Source of the DNA: Muribaculaceae bacterium
GTDB lineage: Bacteria > Bacteroidota > Bacteroidia > Bacteroidales > Muribaculaceae
Assembly (NCBI GenBank): GCA_017478855.1
Contig: JAFVCX010000137.1
Coordinates: forward strand, 16,162 to 80,161
DNA: 64,000 nt
Direction: 5' to 3'
Part shown: piece after piece, positions 26,753 to 35,614 of the stretch
Layout of the letters: each line of letters opens with the position of its first letter
Position numbering within the stretch: the stretch's first letter is position 1
Made by a program: the position numbers and the translations under genes
The notes under the pieces: model-generated
What the model was told of the DNA's origin: nothing
Databases searched by the model: none
The model's input: only the letters and a program-made list of their open reading frames with translations

Positions 26753-28432
26753 CTATGTAAGAATCATGATAAGGAGCTGAGCCGAAATAACCCTTAAAAA
26801 CATGGTTAAGGGATACACTGTACTATAGGCTACCGCCGGTGCATCGTTGCCAGCCGTTTTATTGGCATAGGCCAGCGCGGGAGGGTCGGTGGTGGAGCCG
26901 GCAAGGAGTCCCATGAGGATGCAGTAGTTCAGCTTGAATTTGCCTCTCGCCAGAAGCATGACGATGAGCAGTGGGATGATGGTGACGAGGAAGCCATAGG
27001 CGACCCATTTAGCACCCTGAACATTGAATACCGTGGCGGCAAAATTGTCGCCGGCTGCGATGCCCACCGAGGCAAGGAACAGGCAGATGCCCAGCTCACG
27101 AAGCAGGAGGTTGGCACTGGAACTGGTGTAGGTGACGAGTTTCACCTTGTGCCCAAAGCGACCGATGAGAATGGCCACGATGAGCGGTCCGCCCGCCAAA
27201 CCCAGTTTCATGGGCACCGTCATTCCGGGGAACATGAAAGGAATAGAACCCAGCAAGATGCCGAGGAATATGCCAATGAACATGGTGAACATGTTAGGCT
27301 CGTTCAGGCGCTTCAAGGAGTTGCCCAATTTTTCGGCCAAACGGTTGATGTCGTCAAGGTTGCCCACCACGGTGATGCGGTCGCCCACTTGCAGACGCAG
27401 GTTGGGGCTTGCCAGCAGATCGAGTCCGGCGCGATTCACACGCGTGGCGTTGAGCTTGAAGCCTGTGCGCAGCCGCAAGGAACCCAGTTTGCGTCCGGTG
27501 AACTCACTCTTTGTGACCACGATGCGACGCGACACCACCGGTGCCGGATCAGCTTCCCAGTCCATGTGGTCGTCTTGCGGCCCTATTACGGCATCGAAAA
27601 TCTCCTCGTCTTGCGCACTCATGACGATGAGCAACAGGTCGCCTTCCTCAATGAGGGTGTCGCTTTTGGGGATTATCACGCTGCCATCGGTTTTCTTGAT
27701 GCGCGAAATCACAAAGTTGTGGTCGATGATGGCATGAAGACGCATGATGGAGCGGCCATAGATAAGACGGTTGGTCACGCGATAGGTGACGATGTGAGGC
27801 TTGAGCTGGCTTTGGTCGTTTTCAGCCTCAATGTCGCGCGATTCCTTCTCGGCGTTGATGCGGAAAATGAGCTTGGCCACAACCATCGAGAGAATGATGC
27901 CCACCACACCCAGCGGATAGGCCGCGGCATAGCCCATTGACATGGCCTCGTTGAGCAACGTGGCTTCGGCTCCGTGGGTTTCTATCAGAGTTTGCTGTGC
28001 GGCACCCAGCCCGGGCGTATTAGTCACTGCACCCGAGAGAATGCCCACGAGGTCGGTGATGCGAACATCGGTGAGGGCATAGATGCCTAAAGCCACAGCA
28101 ATGTTGAGCGCCACGAGCAGCATGGCCAGCCCGTTAAGCACAATGCCTTCTTCCTTAAATGAAGAGAAGAAACTGGGACCCACCTGCAAGCCGATAGAGA
28201 AAATAAACAGAATCAGGCCAAATTCTTGCACAAACTTCAGGATGCTGGCATCAATGCCAAGTCCCAAATGGCCCGCGAGGATGCCCATAAACAGCACAAA
28301 GGTGGCACCAAGTGAAATGCCGCCTATTTTTTGCTTGCCCAAAATTACTCCGGTGGCTATCACAAGAGCATAGATAAAAATGGCGTGAGCCACTCCACTG
28401 CCCAAAATCAGATCTGTTAACCAAGCCATCAT
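26753..28432 (-). CDS. YidE/YbjL (AAE family, aspartate:alanine exchanger-like) transporter with two central TrkA-C/RCK_C domains
   Basis: Two homologous multi-TM halves flank cytoplasmic repeats (..IEEGDLLLIVMSAQDEE.. and ..LQVGDRITVVGNLDDINRL..). Confidence 0.8.
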   Translation of the reverse strand: MMAWLTDLILGSGVAHAIFIYALVIATGVILGKQKIGGISLGATFVLFMGILAGHLGLGIDASILKFVQEFGLILFIFSIGLQVGPSFFSSFKEEGIVLNGLAMLLVALNIAVALGIYALTDVRITDLVGILSGAVTNTPGLGAAQQTLIETHGAEATLLNEAMSMGYAAAYPLGVVGIILSMVVAKLIFRINAEKESRDIEAENDQSQLKPHIVTYRVTNRLIYGRSIMRLHAIIDHNFVISRIKKTDGSVIIPKSDTLIEEGDLLLIVMSAQDEEIFDAVIGPQDDHMDWEADPAPVVSRRIVVTKSEFTGRKLGSLRLRTGFKLNATRVNRAGLDLLASPNLRLQVGDRITVVGNLDDINRLAEKLGNSLKRLNEPNMFTMFIGIFLGILLGSIPFMFPGMTVPMKLGLAGGPLIVAILIGRFGHKVKLVTYTSSSANLLLRELGICLFLASVGIAAGDNFAATVFNVQGAKWVAYGFLVTIIPLLIVMLLARGKFKLNYCILMGLLAGSTTDPPALAYANKTAGNDAPAVAYSTVYPLTMFLRVISAQLLIMILT

Positions 28433-28453
28433 GTTATTTTATAAAAACGGTTG

Positions 28454-28461
28454 CAAAAATA
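28454..28461 (-). promoter_or_regulatory. Candidate -7 promoter box (TATTTTTG on the minus strand)
   Basis: The plus strand reads CAAAAATA, 22 nt upstream of the ATG at 28432. Confidence 0.4.
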
Positions 28462-28526
28462 GTGATTAATCAACAAACGCGAACAATTAAAATGGTAATT
28501 TTGAATTTGAGGATACGCCTTCCGTT

Positions 28527-29054
28527 TTAATGGTCAAACCCGTCGCGAGAGAGAACGCCTGCTTGATAGTAATGCTTCACTTCGCGCATATCGGTCACCA
28601 AGTGGGCCTCGTCGATCAGTTCTTGAGGCGCGTAACGGCCAGTGATGACCACCTCGGTTTTCTCGTCGCGTGCGCGAATGGCGGCTATCACATCTTGCAC
28701 GGGGATGAGCCCGTAGTGCAAAGCGATGCACAACTCATCGAGCACCACAAGGTCATACACACCGTTGGCCATAATTTGCGCCACATGTTGCAAGGCAGCC
28801 TGCGCGGCTTCGACATCGATTTTTTCGGGTTCACGCTCAATGAAGCACCCTGTGCCCAGCTGCTCCACGGTCACCCGTTTGCAAAAGCGGGTGATGTGAG
28901 TTTCGTTGTAAGGCTCATTCTTGACAAATTGGCCAATGTAGGCCGTTTTGCCGGAACATAAAGCCCTCAGCACAAGGCCAAACGCCGCAGTGGTTTTACC
29001 TTGTCCGTTGCCTGTGTAGACACGAACATACCCTTTCTCCATTTCTTTCATCAT
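28527..29054 (-). CDS. cobO: Cob(I)yrinic acid a,c-diamide / cob(I)alamin adenosyltransferase (CobO/BtuR type)
   Basis: Contains GYVRVYTGNGQGKTTAAFG (P-loop), VVLDELCIALHYGL and VITGRYAPQELIDEAHLVTDMREVKHYY. The start at MMKEMEKG is preferred over the 225-aa track ORF because the extension would run into the riboswitch expression platform. Confidence 0.85.
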   Translation of the reverse strand: MMKEMEKGYVRVYTGNGQGKTTAAFGLVLRALCSGKTAYIGQFVKNEPYNETHITRFCKRVTVEQLGTGCFIEREPEKIDVEAAQAALQHVAQIMANGVYDLVVLDELCIALHYGLIPVQDVIAAIRARDEKTEVVITGRYAPQELIDEAHLVTDMREVKHYYQAGVLSRDGFDH

Positions 29055-29217
29055 TTTGTGTTTTTTAAGTCTGCCACCTCGTGCAGAGCTGTTTAACATT
29101 CCGGAATCGTGAAATAGAGTGAAAGATCCGTGGCGGGGTGACCACAGATGAAGCAGCGAATTTGATGCTTGCCAAGTTTTCGGCTCTATTACCACGAAAG
29201 CCATTAACTAAAAAGAC

Positions 29218-29382
29218 TCTTGGCAGGTATTCTGACTTATCCCATCAACTGCACGGCCTTCCCAGCTGCACATGGAGCAGCCAGTGACACAATGAATGTG
29301 CGTTGACTTTCAGTGGGAAATACAGCAGCGGGTCTGCTCGGGATTCTCACCCGATTCCCTTTTAATCGACCTACCTACAGCG
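29218..29382 (-). promoter_or_regulatory. Cobalamin (B12) riboswitch
   Basis: The minus strand reads ..AAAAGGGAAUCGGGUGAGAAUCCCGAGCAGACCCGCUGCUGUA..GUCACUGG..GGGAAGGCC..AAGUCAGAAUACCUGCCA. These are the conserved core, the CACUGG/GGGAAGGC elements and the B12 box. It lies about 165 nt upstream of the cobO start. Confidence 0.85.
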
Positions 29383-29415
29383 CGAGGCCATGCAGGCCGA
29401 ACCAAAAATCGGCGG

Positions 29416-29423
29416 CAAAATTA
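29416..29423 (-). promoter_or_regulatory. Candidate -7 promoter box (TAATTTTG on the minus strand) driving the riboswitch-cobO transcript
   Basis: The plus strand reads CAAAATTA, about 35 nt upstream of the riboswitch 5' end and downstream of the HAD gene stop. Confidence 0.45.
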
Positions 29424-29475
29424 CGAAAATTTACGAATCGAGCCAAAGAAAACCGGCACTTTCGTGGCCAAGCCC

Positions 29476-30141
29476 TCAGAAAAGAGTGTCGCGACCGACG
29501 AGGTCGAGAATCTCGGCAGGATTGTGAACAATGGTGCCGGCATGGTGCTCGACCAGTTCTTTCTCGGTGCGGAAACCCCACGTGACTCCCACCGAGTCGA
29601 CACAGGCACGGCGTGCCGTTTCCATATCCACGCCCGAATCACCCACATAAAGGACTTCGCGCTTAGGCACTTTTGCTTGCGCGAGAATGCCAAACACGAT
29701 GCTTGGGTCGGGTTTCACGTTCACACCCTCGCATTGCCCGGCCACAGCGGTGAAGTCGATGTCGCCATAATAGTGCGAAATGATTTTCTGGGTGGCGGCT
29801 TGATATTTGTTGGAAGCTACGGCAAGATGCACGCCACTGTCGCGCAGGTCGCGCAACAACTCGGGCATGCCGGCATAGGGCTTGGTGAACTCACAGCAAT
29901 GCTCGTCGTAGAATTGCTTGAAATCGCGCAACAGAGTGTCGATGGTGGAGTCGTTGCGATGCTCCTCGGGCAGCACGCGCGTGATGAGCTTTCGCACTCC
30001 ATTGCCCACGAAGAAAGGATAGGATGCAATGGTGTGGGTGGCAAAACCGTTGCGCTCCAGCGCATAGTTGGCAGCGTGTCCGAGGTCTTCGATGGTGTTG
30101 AGCAGCGTGCCGTCTAAATCAAAGATAACCAGTCTTTTCAT
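29476..30141 (-). CDS. HAD-superfamily hydrolase (phosphoglycolate phosphatase-like)
   Basis: Has canonical motif I VIFDLDGTLLNT, motif II VASNK and motif IV YVGDSGVD. Confidence 0.8.
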   Translation of the reverse strand: MKRLVIFDLDGTLLNTIEDLGHAANYALERNGFATHTIASYPFFVGNGVRKLITRVLPEEHRNDSTIDTLLRDFKQFYDEHCCEFTKPYAGMPELLRDLRDSGVHLAVASNKYQAATQKIISHYYGDIDFTAVAGQCEGVNVKPDPSIVFGILAQAKVPKREVLYVGDSGVDMETARRACVDSVGVTWGFRTEKELVEHHAGTIVHNPAEILDLVGRDTLF

Positions 30142-30155
30142 GTTGTTGATACCAT

Positions 30156-32480
30156 TTAGAAAGGATAACCCACCGAGAAATGGAATTCGCAGTCACGATT
30201 CCATCGGGGATGCAGCAGTGGCCAGTGTTCTTGTGCCGATGCCGGGTTGTGCGCTTTCATGCCCATGTCGAAGCGCAACAAGAAGTAGGTGAAGTCGAGG
30301 CGCACGCCCAAGCCGTAGGCGAGAGCGATTTGCTCATAAAATTTATTGAAACGAAACACGCCTCCGGGCTGATCCTCATAGTCGCGAATGGTCCAAATGT
30401 TGCCGGCATCGACAAACGCTCCCATTTCAATGACCCAAAATAGCTTGGCCCTATACTCGATGCTCGCGTCCAAGCGAATGTCGCCGCACTGATAGATGAA
30501 ACTGTTTTGCGACTTGGCGGCATTGAATGCGCCGGGTCCCAGCGTTCGCACCCCCCATCCGCGCACGCTGTTGGCACCGCCGGCATAGAAACGTTTCTCA
30601 AACGGGAGCACCGTGCTGTTTCCGTAGGGCACAGCAACCCCTGCGCCCACATGCAGCGCCACCGACTGCCGGGTGTCGATATAGTGGGTGAAAGAGTAAT
30701 CACCTTCCATTTTGAAGTACTGGGCATAGCGGATGCCAAACACTTTATAAGAATCGTCGGCCTCGCGATGCTGGCCTGTGATTTGTGAAATGCCATAGAG
30801 CAGGTTGCCGGCCATTTCGGCGGCTGCTCGCCAAGTGTAGACGTTGGTCTGGAAATGGTTGGTGAGCAAGGTGGTGGGCAGTTTGTTGGTCTTATAGAAG
30901 TTGTAGCCCAGCCGCATGATGAAGTGGTCTTCATAGGAGTATCGCAGCAAGGGGTTGGCTATACTGTCGAGGAAGTTGCTGCGGCTGCGTGGCAGGTACA
31001 CATAATTCAGGTCGAACAGATTGAGCGTGTGGCGCATGCGAGCCTGATGCTCAGTCCACAGGTAGCGCCATGCTGCACCGGCAATGATTCGGGTGTACTC
31101 GGGTCGCTCTTGATAGTCAAAACTGGTGGCAAGTTCGGTGCTGGCCTGTATCTTGCGCTTGAAGTTGGGCGAAAGAAGCGGAAATTTGAATTTGGGATAA
31201 GTGATGCCCACTTCGGCGGCATATTCAGAATAATTGTTGTTGATGAGTCCATTAAGATTGCCCGAAAGGCTTTCGTAGCTCATGCGGAGTTTGGCGTTGA
31301 GTGTTTCGGCTCCGCGCATGATGTTGCGGTGCTGATAATCGAGGCCGATGCCGAACCCCAAATCGCCCTCACTATTAGTGCCTTCGAGCGAGGCCGACAC
31401 CGATTGCGCTTTGTCGCGCGTGAGCAGCACATAGGCGTCGAGCCAAATCTTGCCGTCTACTTCGCCCACGGGGCGGATTTCGATATTGATAAACTTCACA
31501 ATGTTGAGCCTACCCAAAGCCTTATAGGTGCGGTCCACGTCAGAAGCGTCATATCGCTGGCCCGGGGTGATGAAGTTGCATTCCTCCAGAATGCTGCCCC
31601 GCAAATAATGGTCGCCATCGGTGTAAATGTCAAGGTTGCCATAGCGCAGCGTGTCGGTTCCGAAATAGCCGTCGTGCATGAGCACGGGGTCATAGGCCGT
31701 GACATAGGTCACCTGCCTCACATAGAAAGGTCGGTGCTTGGTGTAATAAGGCATGCGCTCGCTCTGATAGGGGTCGCGCGTGGTGAGCGTGATGTCCACC
31801 GAGCGTTCTCCGGCCGCCGTGTCGGCATCGAAGGTGATGTATTCTTTGCTGAAGGCGTAGTAGCCTTGCTTGCGCAAATTTTCGGTGATGGTCTGCCGCC
31901 ATGAGTCAATCTGGTTGTGGTCAAGCAGGTCGCCCACTTTGACCGGAAATCTCACCGAGTCGGCAAGGATGAGGTGCCGCAATGTGTCGTCGGGGATGTT
32001 GTAGGAAATGCTGCGAATGTAGTAGGGGTCGTGCAAGGTGATGAGGTAGTTCACTTTGGCCTTATGACGTGCGGTGTCGGTCGTGACTTGAGGGGTGACG
32101 ACGTTGTTCATGTAGCCTTTGTTGTGCAGGGCGGTGTGCAACTGACGCACGCTCGCTTCGGTGAGTGTGCTGTCGTAGAGCACTGGCGGTGCGCCCACGC
32201 GCCTGATCCACCGGTTGAACCAGTTGCTTGAATCGCGACCGCTCATGTTATAGAGGGCCAGCTGCAACTTGAGGCCTCCCAGCACTTTGTGGTTCTCGGT
32301 CTGGCGTAGGTAGTTGAGGAGTTCGGTGGAACTCACGTCGCTGTGCTGCTTGCCATCGGTGATGTGAATGGCAGTCTGGTCGAGCAGGAGTTTCCCGTCG
32401 GGCACATGCTTGGTCGAGGCGCAAGAACCCACTACGAGCATCACCACGAGGGTTATGACCGATATGAAACTGCGCCGCAT
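30156..32480 (-). CDS. Omp85/BamA-family outer-membrane protein (POTRA repeats + surface-antigen beta-barrel)
   Basis: Start at MRRSFISVITLVVMLVVGSCAS. The C-terminal barrel has RFYAGGANSVRGW and ends ..EFHFSVGYPF. Confidence 0.8.
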   Translation of the reverse strand: MRRSFISVITLVVMLVVGSCASTKHVPDGKLLLDQTAIHITDGKQHSDVSSTELLNYLRQTENHKVLGGLKLQLALYNMSGRDSSNWFNRWIRRVGAPPVLYDSTLTEASVRQLHTALHNKGYMNNVVTPQVTTDTARHKAKVNYLITLHDPYYIRSISYNIPDDTLRHLILADSVRFPVKVGDLLDHNQIDSWRQTITENLRKQGYYAFSKEYITFDADTAAGERSVDITLTTRDPYQSERMPYYTKHRPFYVRQVTYVTAYDPVLMHDGYFGTDTLRYGNLDIYTDGDHYLRGSILEECNFITPGQRYDASDVDRTYKALGRLNIVKFINIEIRPVGEVDGKIWLDAYVLLTRDKAQSVSASLEGTNSEGDLGFGIGLDYQHRNIMRGAETLNAKLRMSYESLSGNLNGLINNNYSEYAAEVGITYPKFKFPLLSPNFKRKIQASTELATSFDYQERPEYTRIIAGAAWRYLWTEHQARMRHTLNLFDLNYVYLPRSRSNFLDSIANPLLRYSYEDHFIMRLGYNFYKTNKLPTTLLTNHFQTNVYTWRAAAEMAGNLLYGISQITGQHREADDSYKVFGIRYAQYFKMEGDYSFTHYIDTRQSVALHVGAGVAVPYGNSTVLPFEKRFYAGGANSVRGWGVRTLGPGAFNAAKSQNSFIYQCGDIRLDASIEYRAKLFWVIEMGAFVDAGNIWTIRDYEDQPGGVFRFNKFYEQIALAYGLGVRLDFTYFLLRFDMGMKAHNPASAQEHWPLLHPRWNRDCEFHFSVGYPF

Positions 32481-32499
32481 TGCCGTGGCGAGAAAGGCC

Positions 32500-33444
32500 T
32501 TATTTAATGATTTTCTGCTCAATGTTGTAGCGAGGACGGTCTTTGACCTCCATGTAGATTTTCCCGATATATTCGCCCACAATGCCCAGCCCGATGAGAA
32601 TGCATCCGCCAATGAACCACATCGATAAGATGATGGAAGACCAACCACTCACGGCACGTCCGCTAAAGTAAGCGACAAGCACGTAGATGAGTATGGCCAA
32701 CGCAATGAGGGTGAAAGCGATGCCGAGCGAGAGAATGAGCCGCACGGGCTTGATGCTGAATGATGTGATACCGTCGACGGCAAAGCTGAGCATTTTTCGC
32801 AGAGGATATTTGCTCTCTCCTGCCATGCGCGCGCTGCGGTCATAATAGACACAATCGGTTTTGTAACCCACCAGCGGCACCATGCCGCGCAAAAATAGGT
32901 TGCGCTCGCGGTAACGGAGCAGCTGGGCTACGGCCCGGCGGCTCATGAGGCGAAAGTCGGCATGGTTATACACACTCTTCACGCCCATGCCGCGCATGAG
33001 CCGATAGAAGGCTTGCGCGCTGTTGCGCTTAAACCATGTGTCGGTTTTTCGCTCCCGGCGCACGCCATACACGATGTCGCACCCTTCACGATATTTATTC
33101 ACCATGTCGGGAATCACGCGAATGTCATCTTGCAGGTCGGCATCAATCGAGATGATGATGTCGGCTTCAGGACAGGCGCATTCCAGCCCGGCCATGAGTG
33201 CATTTTGGTGACCCACATTACCGGCCAATTTCACGCCACACACCTGCGGATGCGCCAGCGCGAGGTCATTGATGATTTGCCATGTGGCATCGCTCGACCC
33301 ATCGTCCACATAAAGTACTCGGCTGCTGGCCGAAACGAGTTGAGCGGCTGCCATTTCTTGAAGTAGGTTCAGCAACTTCCCGTTGGTGTCGGGCAGCACT
33401 TCTTGCTCTTTGTAGCACGGAACGACGATATAGAGTATGTCCAT
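32500..33444 (-). CDS. GT2 polyprenyl-phosphate glycosyltransferase (GtrB/ArnC/DPM1-like)
   Basis: Contains IVVPCYKEQEVL, YVDDGSSD, the SIDADLQDD (DxD) motif and two C-terminal TM helices followed by GEYIGKIYMEVKDRPRY. Start at MDILYIVV is supported by the promoter box at 33471..33478. Confidence 0.85.
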   Translation of the reverse strand: MDILYIVVPCYKEQEVLPDTNGKLLNLLQEMAAAQLVSASSRVLYVDDGSSDATWQIINDLALAHPQVCGVKLAGNVGHQNALMAGLECACPEADIIISIDADLQDDIRVIPDMVNKYREGCDIVYGVRRERKTDTWFKRNSAQAFYRLMRGMGVKSVYNHADFRLMSRRAVAQLLRYRERNLFLRGMVPLVGYKTDCVYYDRSARMAGESKYPLRKMLSFAVDGITSFSIKPVRLILSLGIAFTLIALAILIYVLVAYFSGRAVSGWSSIILSMWFIGGCILIGLGIVGEYIGKIYMEVKDRPRYNIEQKIIK

Positions 33445-33470
33445 TTTCGGTTGATTGAAATTATAAAAGG

Positions 33471-33478
33471 CAAAGATA
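33471..33478 (-). promoter_or_regulatory. Candidate -7 promoter box (TATCTTTG on the minus strand)
   Basis: The plus strand reads CAAAGATA, 27 nt upstream of the ATG at 33444. Confidence 0.45.
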
Positions 33479-33961
33479 CGACAAAACGCGATAAGAGCCA
33501 AATTTATTTGGGCTTTTCGGGCCGCAAGCAGCTTTGGCGCGGCGGCGTTGCGACAAAAAAAGAATTTGTGTGGCAGCGCGAGGACAAAAATGCAAGTTTT
33601 TGGCAACCATTCTATTGGCTTTCGCATTTTTTTGTAAATTTGCAAGCAGACTTGGCACAGCGGTGCTGGTCTTGATTACATATTACATAAAAAGAGCGTT
33701 TTTGCGTTATCCTCATTCGAAAATCGGCAAATTTTCAACATCAAGGGATAGACGGTAAGATGACGCTCATGCGTGCCTATATGAGTCCGCACCGTCGGGC
33801 AACGACTATATGGCATGGCGTGGGAGTACTGTTTATTTTGATGTGGGCTATGCCGATGCCTCGAATGGATAAACAAAATATGTCCTGCGCCTCTTTCATT
33901 TTATTGATTTAAAAACATCTTCATTCTCCCCTCGACAGGACACGGGTGGCTCTCATGCGTT

Positions 33962-35548
33962 ATGATGAATGGGCGTGTGTTCAGGGAATCAAAAATAGGA
34001 TTGGCGTTTGTGATTTTTTCAGGTCTGCTTCTACTGGTGGTGTCGCCCGACAGTTATCTGCACGATGTGTATGGCCGCTGCGACTCGGCATGGTTTTTCA
34101 CGGCGGGCAAAGCTTGGATGAAAGGACTGGTGCCCTATGTGGACTTTGCCGATAGCAAGGGACCTCTGTTGTGGCTCATCTATGGCGTGGGTTACTTGAT
34201 GAGCCACAGCAATTATGTGGGCATTTACTGGCTGTCAGTGATGTTCTACGCCATTACGTTCTATTGTCTATACCGTGCGGCCTTGCTGCTTGTGCACGAT
34301 TGTGGGCGAGCTTTCATCGCTTCGTTGCTGATGGCCATTCCGTTTTTCCTGTGGCCTTTTCACCGCGAGATTCGTGCCGAAGACTTCTCTAATGTGTTTT
34401 TTGCCGCTTCGCTGTGGATGGCGTTCCGCTTGTGCGTGGGGCACGACGCTTCCGCTCGAGTGACGGCATGGGCTTGCGCCTTGCTGGGCGTGAGCACTGC
34501 CTCACTGCTACTCATTAAATATAACTATGCCGCCATGCAGTTCGGATTTGTTGTGGTGGCTGGAGTGGCCCTTGTGCGCCACAAGCACAATCTCGCAGTT
34601 TCAACCGGATGCTATTTGGTGGGATTTGCATTGGTGGCGATTCCTTTTCTCATCTGTTTGTACATGGTGGGAGCTTTAGGCGACTTCATCAACGAATATT
34701 TTCTGTCTGCTGCAAAAACCATCACAGAAATGCATGGTCGAGGAAATTCGGGCTTGCTGTCAGACTTATTATGTAACAAGTTTTATAATCTGTATGAATT
34801 ACTGATGCTGTTTGGAATTGTGGTGGCTATGCGACGCTGGCGTGGCTGGTGGTGGGTGACACCATTTTTGCTGTGCGTGTTTGTGGGCATTTTTGCTGTG
34901 GGCTACCATTGGCAATACCACTTCAGTGTGCTGGCCATCTTGTATTTCCCTCTGTGCTTGTGGTGCGCAACGAAGTTGCCTGAAAAACTATTCAGCGGCT
35001 CGAAACTGCCACTGATGGCCGCGTTCATCTTGCTGGTGAGCTATGCGATTAATTTCCCCTCGATGAGATGTTCGCTGGTGGGTGTGAGCGACGAAAAACG
35101 TGCCCGGCAACACTATGCGATGACTTACTGGGCCTCACAGATTGAAAATCCTAAATTTCTGTATCTCATGTGTGGCGATTATGGATATGGTGTGTCGGTC
35201 AACGGACTTCCGGCCACCAAATATTGGGCCAATCAGAATGGTGCCACCAGCGATATGGTGCAGGATCAGCTTGATGCGATAGCGGCTCATCGTCCGGACT
35301 TTGTGATAACGGTTCAAGATTGGATGGATGCCCGTGATTTTTATGCCAATGCCCGCGCAGAGGCGATGCGCTTGCTGAAGCAGCACGGTTATCGTGCCTA
35401 TGGGCTGCCAAACACGTGCGTTGAGGGTCATCAGTTGGTGATGTATAGCCGGCATCGGTTGGCTTCTGCGCAATCCATTTCTCTGCCGACATGGAAAGAT
35501 GTAGTTTTGAAACGAAATCCTCAAAATGCTTTCGCTCGTGCCAGATAG
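33962..35548 (+). CDS. Polytopic membrane protein, putative GT-C-fold glycosyltransferase (paralog of 50090..51691)
   Basis: It has about 10 or more hydrophobic segments. The first-loop block is SPDSYLHDVYGRCDSAWFFTAGKAWMKGLVPYVDFADSKGPLLWL. The C-terminal domain is soluble. The GT-C assignment is inference from architecture and loop motif. Confidence 0.55.
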   Translation: MMNGRVFRESKIGLAFVIFSGLLLLVVSPDSYLHDVYGRCDSAWFFTAGKAWMKGLVPYVDFADSKGPLLWLIYGVGYLMSHSNYVGIYWLSVMFYAITFYCLYRAALLLVHDCGRAFIASLLMAIPFFLWPFHREIRAEDFSNVFFAASLWMAFRLCVGHDASARVTAWACALLGVSTASLLLIKYNYAAMQFGFVVVAGVALVRHKHNLAVSTGCYLVGFALVAIPFLICLYMVGALGDFINEYFLSAAKTITEMHGRGNSGLLSDLLCNKFYNLYELLMLFGIVVAMRRWRGWWWVTPFLLCVFVGIFAVGYHWQYHFSVLAILYFPLCLWCATKLPEKLFSGSKLPLMAAFILLVSYAINFPSMRCSLVGVSDEKRARQHYAMTYWASQIENPKFLYLMCGDYGYGVSVNGLPATKYWANQNGATSDMVQDQLDAIAAHRPDFVITVQDWMDARDFYANARAEAMRLLKQHGYRAYGLPNTCVEGHQLVMYSRHRLASAQSISLPTWKDVVLKRNPQNAFARAR

Positions 35549-35555
35549 GACACAA

Positions 35556-35587
35556 ACAGCCCGCCTTTTTGTGTGGAGGCGGGCTGT
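35556..35587. terminator. Hairpin terminator between convergent genes
   Basis: A 10-bp perfect stem ACAGCCCGCC / GGCGGGCTGT with a 12-nt T-rich loop. Confidence 0.55.
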
Positions 35588-35614
35588 GTTATTGAGTGTG
35601 AGCCGGAAAAGGCC

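Noticed and set aside
29055-29204. The N-terminal 50-aa extension of the cobO ORF given in the track (28527..29204).
   Set aside because: The extension has no similarity to CobO/BtuR proteins and would overlap the riboswitch expression platform. The P-loop core starts right after the internal MMKEMEKG start.
29296-30117. A 273-aa plus-strand ORF covering the riboswitch and the HAD gene region.
   Set aside because: Its 5' part overlaps the cobalamin riboswitch on the other strand and the rest is antisense to a canonical HAD hydrolase (DLDGT motif). It has no motifs of its own.
32481-32648. Upstream extensions of track ORFs: 30156..32648, 32500..33645, 35615..37438, 37290..38354, 49931..51691, 53215..54237, 54217..55086, 57511..59439, 17688..18536, 18742..20094 and 22944..25172.
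   Set aside because: In each case an internal ATG yields a proper signal peptide or the conserved family N-terminus, and it often lies just downstream of a TAnnTTTG box. The extensions overlap neighbouring genes or promoters.
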